DNA of 64,000 nucleotides from Eledone cirrhosa. Its lineage: Eukaryota. Below are positions 40,801-56,700 of the stretch, piece after piece. Made by a program: the position numbers and the translations under genes. Each line of letters starts with the position of its first letter. Position 1 is the first letter of the stretch. The DNA is taken from positions 18,538,001 to 18,602,000 of the forward strand of contig OZ024740.1 of the NCBI GenBank assembly GCA_964016885.1, given 5' to 3'. The notes under the pieces were generated by a model. The model did not search any database, was not told the DNA's origin, and worked only from the letters and a program-made list of their open reading frames with translations.

Positions 40801-43800
40801 CCAGTTGACCTATACTAAAGGGCTTCACTGATAACGTTATGTGTGTTATAATTTCCCAGTTGACCTATACTAATGGATTTCACTGATAGTGTCATGTGTG
40901 TTATAATGTCCCAGTTAACCTATACTAACGGGCTTCACTGATAGGGTTATGTGTGTTATAATGTCCCAGTTGACCTATACTAAAGGATTTAACTGATAGT
41001 GTTATGTGTGTTATAATGTCCCAGTTGACCTATACTAAAGGGCTTCACTGATAGGGTTATGTGTGTTATAATGTCCCAGTTGACCTATACTAAAGGACTT
41101 CACTGATTGGGTTATGTGTTATAATGTCCCAGTTGACCTATACTAAAGGGCTTCACTGATAGTGTTATGTGTGTTATAATGTCCCAGTTGACCTATACTA
41201 AAGGGCTTCACTGATAGGGTTATGTGTGTTATAATGTCCCAGTTGACCTATACTAAAGGACTTCACTGATAGGGTTATGTGTTATAATGTCCCAGTTGAC
41301 CTATACTAAAGGGCTTCACTGATAGTGTTATGTGTGTTATAATGTCCCAGTTGACCTATACAAAAGGGCTTCACTGATAGGGTTATGTGTGTTATAATGT
41401 CCCAGTTGACCTATACTAAAGGGCTTCACTGATAGTGTTATGTGTGTTATAATGTCCCAGTTGACCTATACTAAAGGACTTCACTGATATGGTTATGTGT
41501 GTTATAATGTCCCAGTTGACCTATACTAAAGGACTTCACTGATAGTGTTATGTGTTATAATGTCTCAGTTGACCTATACTAAAGGACTTCACTGATAGGG
41601 TTATGTGTGTTATAATGTCCCAGTTGACCTATACTAATGGGCTTCACTGATAGTGTTATGTGTGTTATACTGTCCAAGTTGACCTATACTAAAAAGCTTC
41701 ACTGATAGTGTTATGTGTGTTATAATTTCCCAGTTGACCTATATTAACGGGCTTCACTGATAGTGTTATGTGTGTTATAATGTCCCAGTTGACCTATACT
41801 AAAGGGCTTCACTGATAGTGTTATATGTGTTATAATGTCCCAGTTGACCTATACTAAAGGGCTTCACTCATAGTGTTATGTGTTATAATGTACCAGTTGA
41901 CTTATACTAAAGGACTTCACTGATAGTGTTATAGTGTTATAATGTCCCAGTTGACCTATACTAAAGGGCTTCACTCATAGTGTTATGTGTTATAATGTCC
42001 CAGTTGACCTATACTAAAGGGCTTCACTGATAGGGTTATGTGTGTTATAATGTCCCAGTTGACGTATACTAATGAATTTCACTGATAGTGTCATGTGTGT
42101 TATAATGTCCCAGTTGACCTATACTAAAGGGCTTCACTGATAGTGTTATCTGTGTTATAATGTCCCAGTTGACCTATACTAAAGGATTTCACTGATAGTG
42201 TTATAGTGTTATAATGTCCCAGTTGACCTATACTAAAGGACTTCACAGATAGGGTTATGTGTGTTATAATGTCCCAGTTGACCTATACTAAAGGGCTTCA
42301 TTGATAGGGTTATGTGTGTTATAATTTCCCAGTTGACCTATACTAATGGACTTCACTGATAGGGTTATGTGTGTTATAATGTCCCAGTTGACCTATACTT
42401 AAGGGCTTCACTGATAGTGTTATGTGGGTTGTAATGTCCCAGTTGACCTATACTAAACGTCTTCACCGATAGTGTTATGTGTGTTATAATGTCCAAGTTG
42501 ACCTATACTAAAGGACTTCACTGATAGGGTTATGTGTTATAATGTCCCAGTTGACCTATTCTAAAGGGCTTCACTGATAGGGTTATGTGTGTTATAATGT
42601 CCCAGTTGACCTATACTAAAGGGCTTCACTGATAATGTTATGTGTGTTAAAATTTCCCAGTTGACCTATACTAACGGGCTTCACTGATAGGGTTATGTGT
42701 GTTATAATGTCCCAGTTGACCTATACTAAAGGATTTCACTGATAGTGTTATAGTGTTATAATGTCCCAGTTGACCTATACTAATGGATTTCACTGATAGT
42801 GTCATGTGTGTTATAATGTCCCAGTTGACCTATACTAAAGGGCTTCACTGATAGTGTTATGTGTGTTATAATGTCCCAGTTGACCTATACTAAAGGGCTT
42901 CACTGATAGGGTTATGTGTGTTATAATGTCCCAGTTGACCTATACTAAAGGACTTCACTGATAGGGTTATGTGTGTTATAATGTCCCAGTTGACCTATAC
43001 TAAAGGACTTCACTGATAGTGTTATGTGTTATAATGTCCCAGTTGACCTATACTAAAGGGCTTCACTGATAGTGTTATGTGTGTTATAATGTCTCAGTTG
43101 ACCTATACTAATGGATTTCACTGATAGTGTCATGTGTGTTATAATGTCTCAGTTGACCTATACTAAAGGGCTTCACTGACAGGGTTATGTGTTATAATGT
43201 CCCAGTTGACTTATACTAAAGGACTTCACTGATAGTGTTATAGTGTTATAATGTCCCAGTTGACCTATACTAAAGGACTTCACTGATAGTGTTATGTGTG
43301 TTATAATGTCCCAGTTGACCTATACTAAAGGACTTCACTGATAGGGTTATGTGTGTTATAATTTCCCAGTTGACCCATACTAAAGGGCTTCACTGATAGT
43401 GTTATGTGTTATAATGTCCCAGTTGACCTATACTAAAAGACTTCACTGATAGGGTTATGTGTGTTATAATGTCCCAGTTGACCTATACTAAAAGACTTCA
43501 CTGATAGGTTTATGTGTGTTATAATGTCCCAGTTGACCTATACTTAAGGGCTTCACTGATAGTGTTATGTGTGTTATAATGTCCCAGTTGAACTATACTA
43601 AAAGACTTCACTGATAGGGTTATGTGTTATAATGTCCCAGTTGACCTATACTAAAGGGCTTCACTGATAGTGTTATGTGTGTTATAATGTCCCAGTTGCC
43701 TATACTAAAGGGCTTCACTGATAGGGTTATGTGTGTTATAATGTCCCAGTTGACCTATACTAAAGGGCTTCACTGATAGTGTTATGTGTGTTATAATGTC

Positions 43801-44280
43801 CCAGTTGACCTATACTAAAGGACTTCACTGATAGTGTTATGTGTGTTATAATGTCCCAGTTGACCTATACTAAAGGACTTAACTGATATGGTTATGTGCG
43901 TTATAATGTCCCAGTTGACCTATACTAAAGGACTTCACTGATAGTGTTACGTGTTATAATGTCTCATTTGACCTATACTAAAGGGCTTCACTGATAGTGT
44001 TATGTGTGTTATAATGTCCCAGTTGACCTATACTAAAGGGCTTCACTGATAGGGTTATGTGTGTTATAATGTCCCAGTTGACCTATACTAATGAATTTCA
44101 CTGATAGTGTTATGTGTGTTATAATGTCCCAGTTGACCTATACTAAAGGACTTCACTGATAGTGTTATGTGTTATAATGTCCCAGTTGACCTATACTAAA
44201 GGGCTTCACTGATAGTGTTATGTGTGTTATAATGTCCCAGTTGACCTATACTAATGGATTTCACTGATAGTGTTATGTGT
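37150..44280. repeat. HOR domain B': ~4.1-4.2 kb duplication derived partly from B, ~1.7 copies
   Basis: Paired private variants: AGAT (CACAGATAGGG) 38051/42247, TATTC 38416/42557, GTTGCC 39611/43695, TGTGCG 39811/43895. The offset drifts 4196, 4141, 4084 through monomer indels. Confidence 0.88.
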
Positions 44281-44769
44281 TATAATGTACCAGTTGACCT
44301 ATACTAAAGGGCTTCTCTGATAGTGTTATGTGTGTTATAATGTCCCAGTTGACCTATACTAAAAGACTTCACTGATAGGGTTATGTGTGTTATAATGTCC
44401 CAGTTGACCTATACTAAAGAACTTCACTGATAGGGTTATGTGTGTTATAATGTCCCAGTTGACCTATAGTTAAGGGCTTCACTGATAGTGTTATGTGGGT
44501 TGTAATGTCCCAGTTGACCTATACTAAACGTCTTCACCGATAGTGTTATGTGTGTTATAATGTCCAAGTTGACCTATAATAAAGGACTACACTGAAAGTG
44601 TTATGTGTGTTATAATATCCCAGTTGACCTATACTAAACGGCTTCACTGATAGTGTTATGTGTGTTATAATGTCCCAGTTGACCTATACTTAAGGGCTTC
44701 ACTGATAGTGTTATGTGTGTTATAATGTCCCAGTTGAACTATACTAAAAGACATCACTGATAGTGTTAT

Positions 44770-47700
44770 GTGTGTTATAATGTCCCAGTTGACCTATACT
44801 AAAGGACTTCACTGATTGGGTTATGTGTTATAATGTCCCAGTTGACCTATACTAAAGGGCTTCACTGATAGTGTTATGTGTGTTATAATGTCCCAGTTGA
44901 TCTATACTAAAGGGCTTCACTGATAGGGTTATGTGTGTTATAATGTCCCAGTTGACCTATACTAAAGGACTTCACTGATAGGGTTATGTGTTATAATGTC
45001 CCAGTTGACCTATACTAAAGGGCTTCACTGTAAGTGTTATGTGTGTTATAATGTCCCAGTTGACCTATACTAAAGGACTTCACTGATAGTGTTATGTGTG
45101 TTATAATGTCCCAGTTGACCTATACTAAAGGACTTAACTGATAGGGTTATGTGTGTTATAATTTCCCAGTTGACCTATACTAAAGGACTTCACTGATAGG
45201 GTTATGTGTGTTATAATGTCCCAGTTGACCTATACTAAAGGGCTTCACTGATAGTGTTATGTGTGTTATAATGTCCCAGTTGACCTATACTAAAGGACTT
45301 CACTGATAGGGTTATGTGTGTTATAATGTCCCAGTTGACCTATACTAAAGGACTTCACTGATAGGGTTATGTGTGTTATAATGTCCCAGTTGACCTATAC
45401 TAAAGGACTTCACTGATAGGGTTATGTGTGTTATAATTTCCCAGTTGACCTATACTAAATGACTTCACTGATAGGGTTATGTGTGTTATAATGTCCCAGT
45501 TGACCTATACTAAAGGGCTTCACTGATAGTGTTATGTGTGTTATAATGTCCCAGTTGACCTATACTAAAAGACTTCACTGATAGTGTTATGTGTGTTATA
45601 ATGTCCCAGTTGACCTATACTAAAGGGCTTCACTGATAGTGTTATGTGTGTTATAATGTCCCAGTTGACCTATACTAAAGGGCTTCACTGATAGTGTTAT
45701 GTGTGTTATAATGTCCCAGTTGACCTATACTAAAAGACTTCACTGATAGGGTTATGTGTGTTATAATGTCCCAGTTGACCTATACTAAAAGACTTCACTG
45801 ATAGGGTTATGTGTGTTATAATGTCCCAGTTGACCTATACTAAAAGACTTCACTGATAGGGTTATGTGTGTTATAATGTCCCAGTTGACCTATACTAAAG
45901 GACTTCACTGATAGTGTTATGTGTTATAATGTCCCAGTTGACTTATACTAAAGACTTCACTGATAGTGTTATGTGTTATAATGTCAGAGTTGACCTATAC
46001 TAAAGGACTTCACTGATAGTGTTATGTGTGTTATAATGTCCCAGTTGATCTATACTAAAGGGCTTCACTGATAGTGTTATGTGTGTTATAATGTCCCAGT
46101 TGACCTATACTAAAGGGCTTCACAGATAGTGTTATGTGTGTTATAATGTCCCAGTTGACCTATACTAAAGGAGTTCACTGATAGGGTTATGTGTGTTATA
46201 ATGTCCCAGTTGACCTATACTAAAGGGCTTCACTGAAAGTGTTATGTGTGTTATAATGTCCCAGTTGACCTATACTAAAGGGCTTCACTGATAGTGTTAT
46301 GTGTGTTATAATGTCCAAGTTGACCTATACTAAATGACTACACTGAAAGTGTTATGTGTGTTATAATGTCCCAGTTGACCTATACTAAAGGACTTCACTG
46401 ATAGGGTTATGTGTGTTATAATTTCCCAGTTGACCTATACTAAAGGACTTCACTGATAGGGTTATGTGTGTTATAATGTCCCAGTTGACCTATACTTAAG
46501 GGCTTCACTGATAGTGTTATGTGTGTTATAATATCCCAGTTGACCTATACTAATGGATTTCACTGATAGGGTTATGTGTGTTATAATCTCCCAGTTGACC
46601 TATACTAAAGGACTTCACTGATAGTGTTATGTGTTATAATGTCTCATTTGACCTATACTAATGGGCTCCATTGATAGTGTTATGTGTGTTATAATGTCCC
46701 AGTTGACCTATACTAAAGGACTTCACTGATAGTGTTATGTGTGTTATAATGTGCCAGTTGACCTATACTTAAGGGATTCACTGATAGTGTTATGTGTGTT
46801 ATAATGTCCCAGTTGACCTATACTAAAGGGCTTCACTGATAGTGTTATGTGTGTTATAATGTCTCAGTTGACCTATACTAAAGGACTTCACTGATAGGGT
46901 TATGTGTGTTATAATGTCCCAGTTGACCTATACTAAAGGACTTCACTGATAGTGTTATGTGTTATAATGTCCCAGTTGACCTATACTAAAGGACTTCACT
47001 GATAGTGTTATATGTGTTATAATGTCCCAGTTGACATATATTAAAGGACTTCACTGATAGGGTTATGTGTGTTATAATGTCCCAGTTGACCTATACTAAA
47101 GGACTTCACTGATAGGGTTATGTGTGTTATAATGTCCCAGTTGACCTATACTAAAGGGCTTCACTGATAGTGTTATGTGTGTTATAATGTCCAAGTTGAC
47201 ATATATTAAAGGACTTCACTGATAGGGTTATGTGTGTTATAATGTCCCAGTTGACCTATACTAAAGGACTTCACTGATAGGGTTATGTGTGTTATAATGT
47301 CCCAGTTGACCTATACTAAAGGACTTCACTGATAGGGTTATGTGTGTTATAATTTCCCAGTTGACCTATACTAAAGGACTTCACTGATAGGGTTATGTGT
47401 GTTATAATGTCCCAGTTGACCTATACTAAAGGGCTTCACTGATAGTGTTATGTGTGTTATAATGTCCCAGTTGACCTATACTAAAAGACTTCACTGATAG
47501 TGTTATGTGTGTTATAATGTCCCAGTTGACCTATACTAAAGGGCTTCACTGATAGTGTTATGTGTGTTATAATGTCCCAGTTGACCTATACTAAAGGGCT
47601 TCACTGATAGTGTTATGTGTGTTATAATGTCCCAGTTGACCTATACTAAAAGACTTCACTGATAGGGTTATGTGTGTTATAATGTCCCAGTTGACCTATA

Positions 47701-50700
47701 CTAAAAGACTTCACTGATAGGGTTATGTGTGTTATAATGTCCCAGTTGACCTATACTAAAAGACTTCACTGATAGGGTTATGTGTGTTATAATGTCCCAG
47801 TTGACCTATACTAAAGGACTTCACTGATAGTGTTATGTGTTATAATGTCCCAGTTGACTTATACTAAAGACTTCACTGATAGTGTTATGTGTTATAATGT
47901 CAGAGTTGACCTATACTAAAGGACTTCACTGATAGTGTTATGTGTGTTATAATGTCCCAGTTGATCTATACTAAAGGGCTTCACTGATAGTGTTATGTGT
48001 GTTATAATGTCCCAGTTGACCTATACTAAAGGATTTAACTGATAGTGTTATGTGTGTTATAATGTCCCAGTTGACCTATACTAAAGGGCTTCACTGATAG
48101 GGTTATGTGTGTTATAATGTCCCAGTTGACCTATACTAAAGGACTTCACTGATTGGGTTATGTGTTATAATGTCCCAGTTGACCTATACTAAAGGGCTTC
48201 ACTGATAGTGTTATGTGTGTTATAATGTCCCAGTTGATCTATACTAAAGGACTTCACTGATAGTGTTATGTGTGTTATAATGTCCCAGTTGACCTATACT
48301 AAAGGACTTTTACTGATAGGGTTATGTGTGTTATAATTTCCCAGTTGACCTATACTAAAGGACTTCACTGATAGGGTTATGTGTGTTATAATGTCCCAGT
48401 TGACCTATACTAAAGGGCTTTACTGATAGTGTTATGTGTGTTATAATGTCCCAGTTGACCTATACTAAAGGACTTCACTGATAGGGTTATGTGTGTTATA
48501 ATGTCCCAGTTGACCTATACTAAAGGACTTCACTGATAGGGTTATGTGTGTTATAATGTCCCAGTTGACCTATACTAAAGGACTTCACTGATAGGGTTAT
48601 GTGTGTTATAATTTCCCAGTTGACCTATACTAAAGGACTTCACTGATAGGGTTATGTGTGTTATAATGTCCCAGTTGACCTATACTAAAGGGCTTCACTG
48701 ATAGTGTTATGTGTGTTATAATGTCCCAGTTGACCTATACTAAAAGACTTCACTGATAGTGTTATGTGTGTTATAATGTCCCAGTTGACCTATACTAAAG
48801 GGCTTCACTGATAGTGTTATGTGTGTTATAATGTCCCAGTTGACCTATACTAAAGGGCTTCACTGATAGTGTTATGTGTGTTATAATGTCCCAGTTGACC
48901 TATACTAAAAGACTTCACTGATAGGGTTATGTGTGTTATAATGTCCCAGTTGACCTATACTAAAAGACTTCACTGATAGGGTTATGTGTGTTATAATGTC
49001 CCAGTTGACCTATACTAAAAGACTTCACTGATAGGGTTATGTGTGTTATAATGTCCCAGTTGACCTATACTAAAGGACTTCACTGATAGTGTTATGTGTT
49101 ATAATGTCCCAGTTGACTTATACTAAAGACTTCACTGATAGTGTTATGTGTTATAATGTCAGAGTTGACCTATACTAAAGGACTTCACTGATAGTGTTAT
49201 GTGTGTTATAATGTCCCAGTTGATCTATACTAAAGGGCTTCACTGATAGTGTTATGTGTGTTATAATGTCCCAGTTGACCTATACTAAAGGGCTTCACAG
49301 ATAGTGTTATGTGTGTTATAATGTCCCAGTTGACCTATACTAAAGGAGTTCACTGATAGGGTTATGTGTGTTATAATGTCCCAGTTGACCTATACTAAAG
49401 GGCTTCACTGAAAGTGTTATGTGTGTTATAATGTCCCAGTTGACCTATACTAAAGGGCTTCACTGATAGTGTTATGTGTGTTATAATGTCCAAGTTGACC
49501 TATACTAAAGGACTACACTGAAAGTGTTATGTGTGTTATAATGTCCCAGTTGACCTATACTAAAGGACTTCACTGATAGGGTTATGTGTGTTATAATTTC
49601 CCAGTTGACCTATACTAAAGGACTTCACTGATAGGGTTATGTGTGTTATAATGTCCCAGTTGACCTATACTTAAGGGCTTCACTGATAGTGTTATGTGTG
49701 TTATAATTTCCCAGTTGACCTATACTAAAAGACTTCACTGATAGTGTTATGTGTTATAATGTCTCATTTGACCTATACTAATGGGCTCCATTGATAGTGT
49801 TATGTGTGTTATAATGTCCCAGTTGACCTATACTAAAGGACTTCACTGATAGTGTTATGTGTGTTATAATGTGCCAGTTGACCTATACTTAAGGGATTCA
49901 CTGATAGTGTTATGTGTGTTATAATGTCCCAGTTGACCTATACTAAAGGGCTTCACTGATAGTGTTATGTGTGTTATAATGTCTCAGTTGACCTATACTA
50001 AAGGACTTCACTGATAGGGTTATGTGTGTTATAATGTCCCAGTTGACCTATACTAAAGGACTTCACTGATAGTGTTATGTGTTATAATGTCCCAGTTGAC
50101 CTATACTAAAGGACTTCACTGATAGTGTTATATGTGTTATAATGTCCCAGTTGACATATATTAAAGGACTTCACTGATAGGGTTATGTGTGTTATAATGT
50201 CCCAGTTGACCTATACTAAAGGACTTCACTGATAGGGTTATGTGTGTTATAATGTCCCAGTTGACCTATACTAAAGGGCTTCACTGATAGTGTTATGTGT
50301 TATAATGTCCCAGTTGACCTATACTAAAGGACTTCACTGATAGTGTTATATGTGTTATAATGTCCCAGTTGACATATATTAAAGGACTTCACTGATAGGG
50401 TTATGTGTGTTATAATGTCCCAGTTGACCTATACTAAAGGACTTCACTGATAGGGTTATGTGTGTTATAATGTCCCAGTTGACCTATACTAAAGGGCTTC
50501 ACTGATAGTGTTATGTGTGTTATAATGTCCAAGTTGACATATATTAAAGGACTTCACTGATAGGGTTATGTGTGTTATAATGTCCCAGTTGACCTATACT
50601 AAAGGACTTCACTGATAGGGTTATGTGTGTTATAATGTCCCAGTTGACCTATACTAAAGGACTTCACTGATAGGGTTATGTGTGTTATAATTTCCCAGTT

Positions 50701-53700
50701 GACCTATACTAAAGGACTTCACTGATAGGGTTATGTGTGTTATAATGTCCCAGTTGACCTATACTAAAGGGCTTCACTGATAGTGTTATGTGTGTTATAA
50801 TGTCCCAGTTGACCTATACTAAAAGACTTCACTGATAGTGTTATGTGTGTTATAATGTCCCAGTTGACCTATACTAAAGGGCTTCACTGATAGTGTTATG
50901 TGTGTTATAATGTCCCAGTTGACCTATACTAAAGGGCTTCACTGATAGTGTTATGTGTGTTATAATGTCCCAGTTGACCTATACTAAAAGACTTCACTGA
51001 TAGGGTTATGTGTGTTATAATGTCCCAGTTGACCTATACTAAAAGACTTCACTGATAGGGTTATGTGTGTTATAATGTCCCAGTTGACCTATACTAAAAG
51101 ACTTCACTGATAGGGTTATGTGTGTTATAATGTCCCAGTTGACCTATACTAAAGGACTTCACTGATAGTGTTATGTGTTATAATGTCCCAGTTGACTTAT
51201 ACTAAAGACTTCACTGATAGTGTTATGTGTTATAATGTCAGAGTTGACCTATACTAAAGGACTTCACAGATAGTGTTATGTGTGTTATAATGTCCCAGTT
51301 GATCTATACTAAAGGGCTTCACTGATAGTGTTATGTGTGTTATAATGTCCCAGTTGACCTATACTAAAGGATTTAACTGATAGTGTTATGTGTGTTATAA
51401 TGTCCCAGTTGACCTATACTAAAGGGCTTCACTGATAGGGTTATGTGTGTTATAATGTCCCAGTTGACCTATACTAAAGGACTTCACTGATTGGGTTATG
51501 TGTTATAATGTCCCAGTTGACCTATACTAAAGGGCTTCACTGATAGTGTTATGTGTGTTATAATGTCCCAGTTGATCTATACTAAAGGGCTTCACTGATA
51601 GGGTTATGTGTGTTATAATGTCCCAGTTGACCTATACTAAAGGACTTCACTGATAGGGTTATGTGTTATAATGTCCCAGTTGACCTATACTAAAGGGCTT
51701 CACTGTAAGTGTTATGTGTGTTATAATGTCCCAGTTGACCTATACTAAAGGACTTCACTGATAGTGTTATGTGTGTTATAATGTCCCAGTTGACCTATAC
51801 TAAAGGACTTAACTGATAGGGTTATGTGTGTTATAATTTCCCAGTTGACCTATACTAAAGGACTTCACTGATAGGGTTATGTGTGTTATAATGTCCCAGT
51901 TGACCTATACTAAAGGGCTTCACTGATAGTGTTATGTGTGTTATAATGTCCCAGTTGACCTATACTAAAGGACTTCACTGATAGGGTTATGTGTGTTATA
52001 ATGTCCCAGTTGACCTATACTAAAGGACTTCACTGATAGGGTTATGTGTGTTATAATGTCCCAGTTGACCTATACTAAAGGACTTCACTGATAGGGTTAT
52101 GTGTGTTATAATGTCCCAGTTGACCTATACTAAAGGGGTTCACTGATAGTGTTATGTGTGTTATAATGTCCCAGTTGACCTATACTAAAAGACTTCACTG
52201 ATAGTGTTATGTGTGTTATAATGTCCCAGTTGACCTATACTAAAGGGCTTCACTGATAGTGTTATGTGTGTTATAATGTCCCAGTTGACCTATACTAAAG
52301 GGCTTCACTGATAGTGTTATGTGTGTTATAATGTCCCAGTTGACCTATACTAAAAGACTTCACTGATAGGGTTATGTGTGTTATAATGTCCCAGTTGACC
52401 TATACTAAAAGACTTCACTGATAGGGTTATGTGTGTTATAATGTCCCAGTTGACCTATACTAAAAGACTTCACTGATAGGGTTATGTGTGTTATAATGTC
52501 CCAGTTGACCTATACTAAAGGACTTCACTGATAGTGTTATGTGTTATAATGTCCCAGTTGACTTATACTAAAGACTTCACTGATAGTGTTATGTGTTATA
52601 ATGTCAGAGTTGACCTATACTAAAGGACTTCACTGATAGTGTTATGTGTGTTATAATGTCCCAGTTGATCTATACTAAAGGGCTTCACTGATAGTGTTAT
52701 GTGTGTTATAATGTCCCAGTTGACCTATACTAAAGGGCTTCACAGATAGTGTTATGTGTGTTATAATGTCCCAGTTGACCTATACTAAAGGAGTTCACTG
52801 ATAGGGTTATGTGTGTTATAATGTCCCAGTTGACCTATACTAAAGGGCTTCACTGAAAGTGTTATGTGTGTTATAATGTCCCAGTTGACCTATACTAAAG
52901 GGCTTCACTGATAGTGTTATGTGTGTTATAATGTCCAAGTTGACCTATACTAAAGGACTACACTGAAAGTGTTATGTGTGTTATAATGTCCCAGTTGACC
53001 TATACTAAAGGACTTCACTGATAGGGTTATGTGTGTTATAATTTTCCAGTTGACCTATACTAAAGGACTTCACTGATAGGGTTATGTGTGTTATAATGTC
53101 CCAGTTGACCTATACTTAAGGGCTTCACTGATAGTGTTATGTGTGTTATAATATCCCAGTTGACCTATACTAATGGATTTCACTGATAGGGTTATGTGTG
53201 TTATAATCTCCCAGTTGACCTATACTAAAGGACTTCACTGATAGTGTTATGTGTTATAATGTCTCATTTGACCTATACTAATGGGCTCCATTGATAGTGT
53301 TATGTGTGTTATAATGTCCCAGTTGACCTATACTAAAGGACTTCACTGATAGTGTTATGTGTGTTATAATGTGCCAGTTGACCTATACTTAAGGGATTCA
53401 CTGATAGTGTTATGTGTGTTATAATGTCCCAGTTGACCTATACTAAAGGGCTTCACTGATAGTGTTATGTGTGTTATAATGTCTCAGTTGACCTATACTA
53501 AAGGACTTCACTGATAGGGTTATGTGTGTTATAATGTCCCAGTTGACCTATACTAAAGGACTTCACTGATAGTGTTATGTGTTATAATGTCCCAGTTGAC
53601 CTATACTAAAGGACTTCACTGATAGTGTTATATGTGTTATAATGTCCCAGTTGACATATATTAAAGGACTTCACTGATAGGGTTATGTGTGTTATAATGT

Positions 53701-56700
53701 CCCAGTTGACCTATACTAAAGGACTTCACTGATAGGGTTATGTGTGTTATAATGTCCCAGTTGACCTATACTAAAGGGCTTCACTGATAGTGTTATGTGT
53801 TATAATGTCCCAGTTGACCTATACTAAAGGACTTCACTGATAGTGTTATATGTGTTATAATGTCCCAGTTGACATATATTAAAGGACTTCACTGATAGGG
53901 TTATGTGTGTTATAATGTCCCAGTTGACCTATACTAAAGGACTTCACTGATAGGGTTATGTGTGTTATAATGTCCCAGTTGACCTATACTAAAGGGCTTC
54001 ACTGATAGTGTTATGTGTGTTATAATGTCCAAGTTGACATATATTAAAGGACTTCACTGATAGGGTTATGTGTGTTATAATGTCCCAGTTGACCTATACT
54101 AAAGGACTTCACTGATAGGGTTATGTGTGTTATAATGTCCCAGTTGACCTATACTAAAGGACTTCACTGATAGGGTTATGTGTGTTATAATTTCCCAGTT
54201 GACCTATACTAAAGGACTTCACTGATAGGGTTATGTGTGTTATAATGTCCCAGTTGACCTATACTAAAGGGCTTCACTGATAGTGTTATGTGTGTTATAA
54301 TGTCCCAGTTGACCTATACTAAAAGACTTCACTGATAGTGTTATGTGTGTTATAATGTCCCAGTTGACCTATACTAAAGGGCTTCACTGATAGTGTTATG
54401 TGTGTTATAATGTCCCAGTTGACCTATACTAAAGGGCTTCACTGATAGTGTTATGTGTGTTATAATGTCCCAGTTGACCTATACTAAAAGACTTCACTGA
54501 TAGGGTTATGTGTGTTATAATGTCCCAGTTGACCTATACTAAAAGACTTCACTGATAGGGTTATGTGTGTTATAATGTCCCAGTTGACCTATACTAAAAG
54601 ACTTCACTGATAGGGTTATGTGTGTTATAATGTCCCAGTTGACCTATACTAAAGGACTTCACTGATAGTGTTATGTGTTATAATGTCCCAGTTGACTTAT
54701 ACTAAAGACTTCACTGATAGTGTTATGTGTTATAATGTCAGAGTTGACCTATACTAAAGGACTTCACTGATAGTGTTATGTGTGTTATAATGTCCCAGTT
54801 GATCTATACTAAAGGGCTTCACTGATAGTGTTATGTGTGTTATAATGTCCCAGTTGACCTATACTAAAGGATTTAACTGATAGTGTTATGTGTGTTATAA
54901 TGTCCCAGTTGACCTATACTAAAGGGCTTCACTGATAGGGTTATGTGTGTTATAATGTCCCAGTTGACCTATACTAAAGGACTTCACTGATTGGGTTATG
55001 TGTTATAATGTCCCAGTTGACCTATACTAAAGGGCTTGACTGATAGTGTTATGTGTGTTATAATGTCCCAGTTGATCTATACTAAAGGGCTTCACTGATA
55101 GGGTTATGTGTGTTATAATGTCCCAGTTGACCTATACTAAAGGACTTCACTGATAGGGTTATGTGTTATAATGTCCCAGTTGACCTATACTAAAGGGCTT
55201 CACTGTAAGTGTTATGTGTGTTATAATGTCCCAGTTGACCTATACTAAAGGACTTCACTGATAGTGTTATGTGTGTTATAATGTCCCAGTTGACCTATAC
55301 TAAAGGACTTAACTGATAGGGTTATGTGTGTTATAATTTCCCAGTTGACCTATACTAAAGGACTTCACTGATAGGGTTATGTGTGTTATAATGTCCCAGT
55401 TGACCTATACTAAAGGGCTTCACTGATAGTGTTATGTGTGTTATAATGTCCCAGTTGACCTATACTAAAGGACTTCACTGATAGGGTTATGTGTGTTATA
55501 ATGTCCCAGTTGACCTATACTAAAGGACTTCACTGATAGGGTTATGTGTGTTATAATGTCCCAGTTGACCTATACTAAAGGACTTCACTGATAGGGTTAT
55601 GTGTGTTATAATTTCCCAGTTGACCTATACTAAAGGACTTCACTGATAGGGTTATGTGTGTTATAATGTCCCAGTTGACCTATACTAAAGGGCTTCACTG
55701 ATAGTGTTATGTGTGTTATAATGTCCCAGTTGACCTATACTAAAAGACTTCACTGATAGTGTTATGTGTGTTATAATGTCCCAGTTGACCTATACTAAAG
55801 GGCTTCACTGATAGTGTTATGTGTGTTATAATGTCCCAGTTGACCTATACTAAAGGGCTTCACTGATAGTGTTATGTGTGTTATAATGTCCCAGTTGACC
55901 TATACTAAAAGACTTCACTGATAGGGTTATGTGTGTTATAATGTCCCAGTTGACCTATACTAAAAGACTTCACTGATAGGGTTATGTGTGTTATAATGTC
56001 CCAGTTGACCTATACTAAAAGACTTCACTGATAGGGTTATGTGTGTTATAATGTCCCAGTTGACCTATACTAAAGGACTTCACTGATAGTGTTATGTGTT
56101 ATAATGTCCCAGTTGACTTATACTAAAGACTTCACTGATAGTGTTATGTGTTATAATGTCAGAGTTGACCTATACTAAAGGACTTCACTGATAGTGTTAT
56201 GTGTGTTATAATGTCCCAGTTGATCTATACTAAAGGGCTTCACTGATAGTGTTATGTGTGTTATAATGTCCCAGTTGACCTATACTAAAGGGCTTCACAG
56301 ATAGTGTTATGTGTGTTATAATGTCCCAGTTGACCTATACTAAAGGAGTTCACTGATAGGGTTATGTGTGTTATAATGTCCCAGTTGACCTATACTAAAG
56401 GGCTTCACTGAAAGTGTTATGTGTGTTATAATGTCCCAGTTGACCTATACTAAAGGGCTTCACTGATAGTGTTATGTGTGTTATAATGTCCAAGTTGACC
56501 TATACTAAAGGACTACACTGAAAGTGTTATGTGTGTTATAATGTCCCAGTTGACCTATACTAAAGGACTTCACTGATAGGGTTATGTGTGTTATAATTTC
56601 CCAGTTGACCTATACTAAAGGACTTCACTGATAGGGTTATGTGTGTTATAATGTCCCAGTTGACCTATACTTAAGGGCTTCACTGATAGTGTTATGTGTG

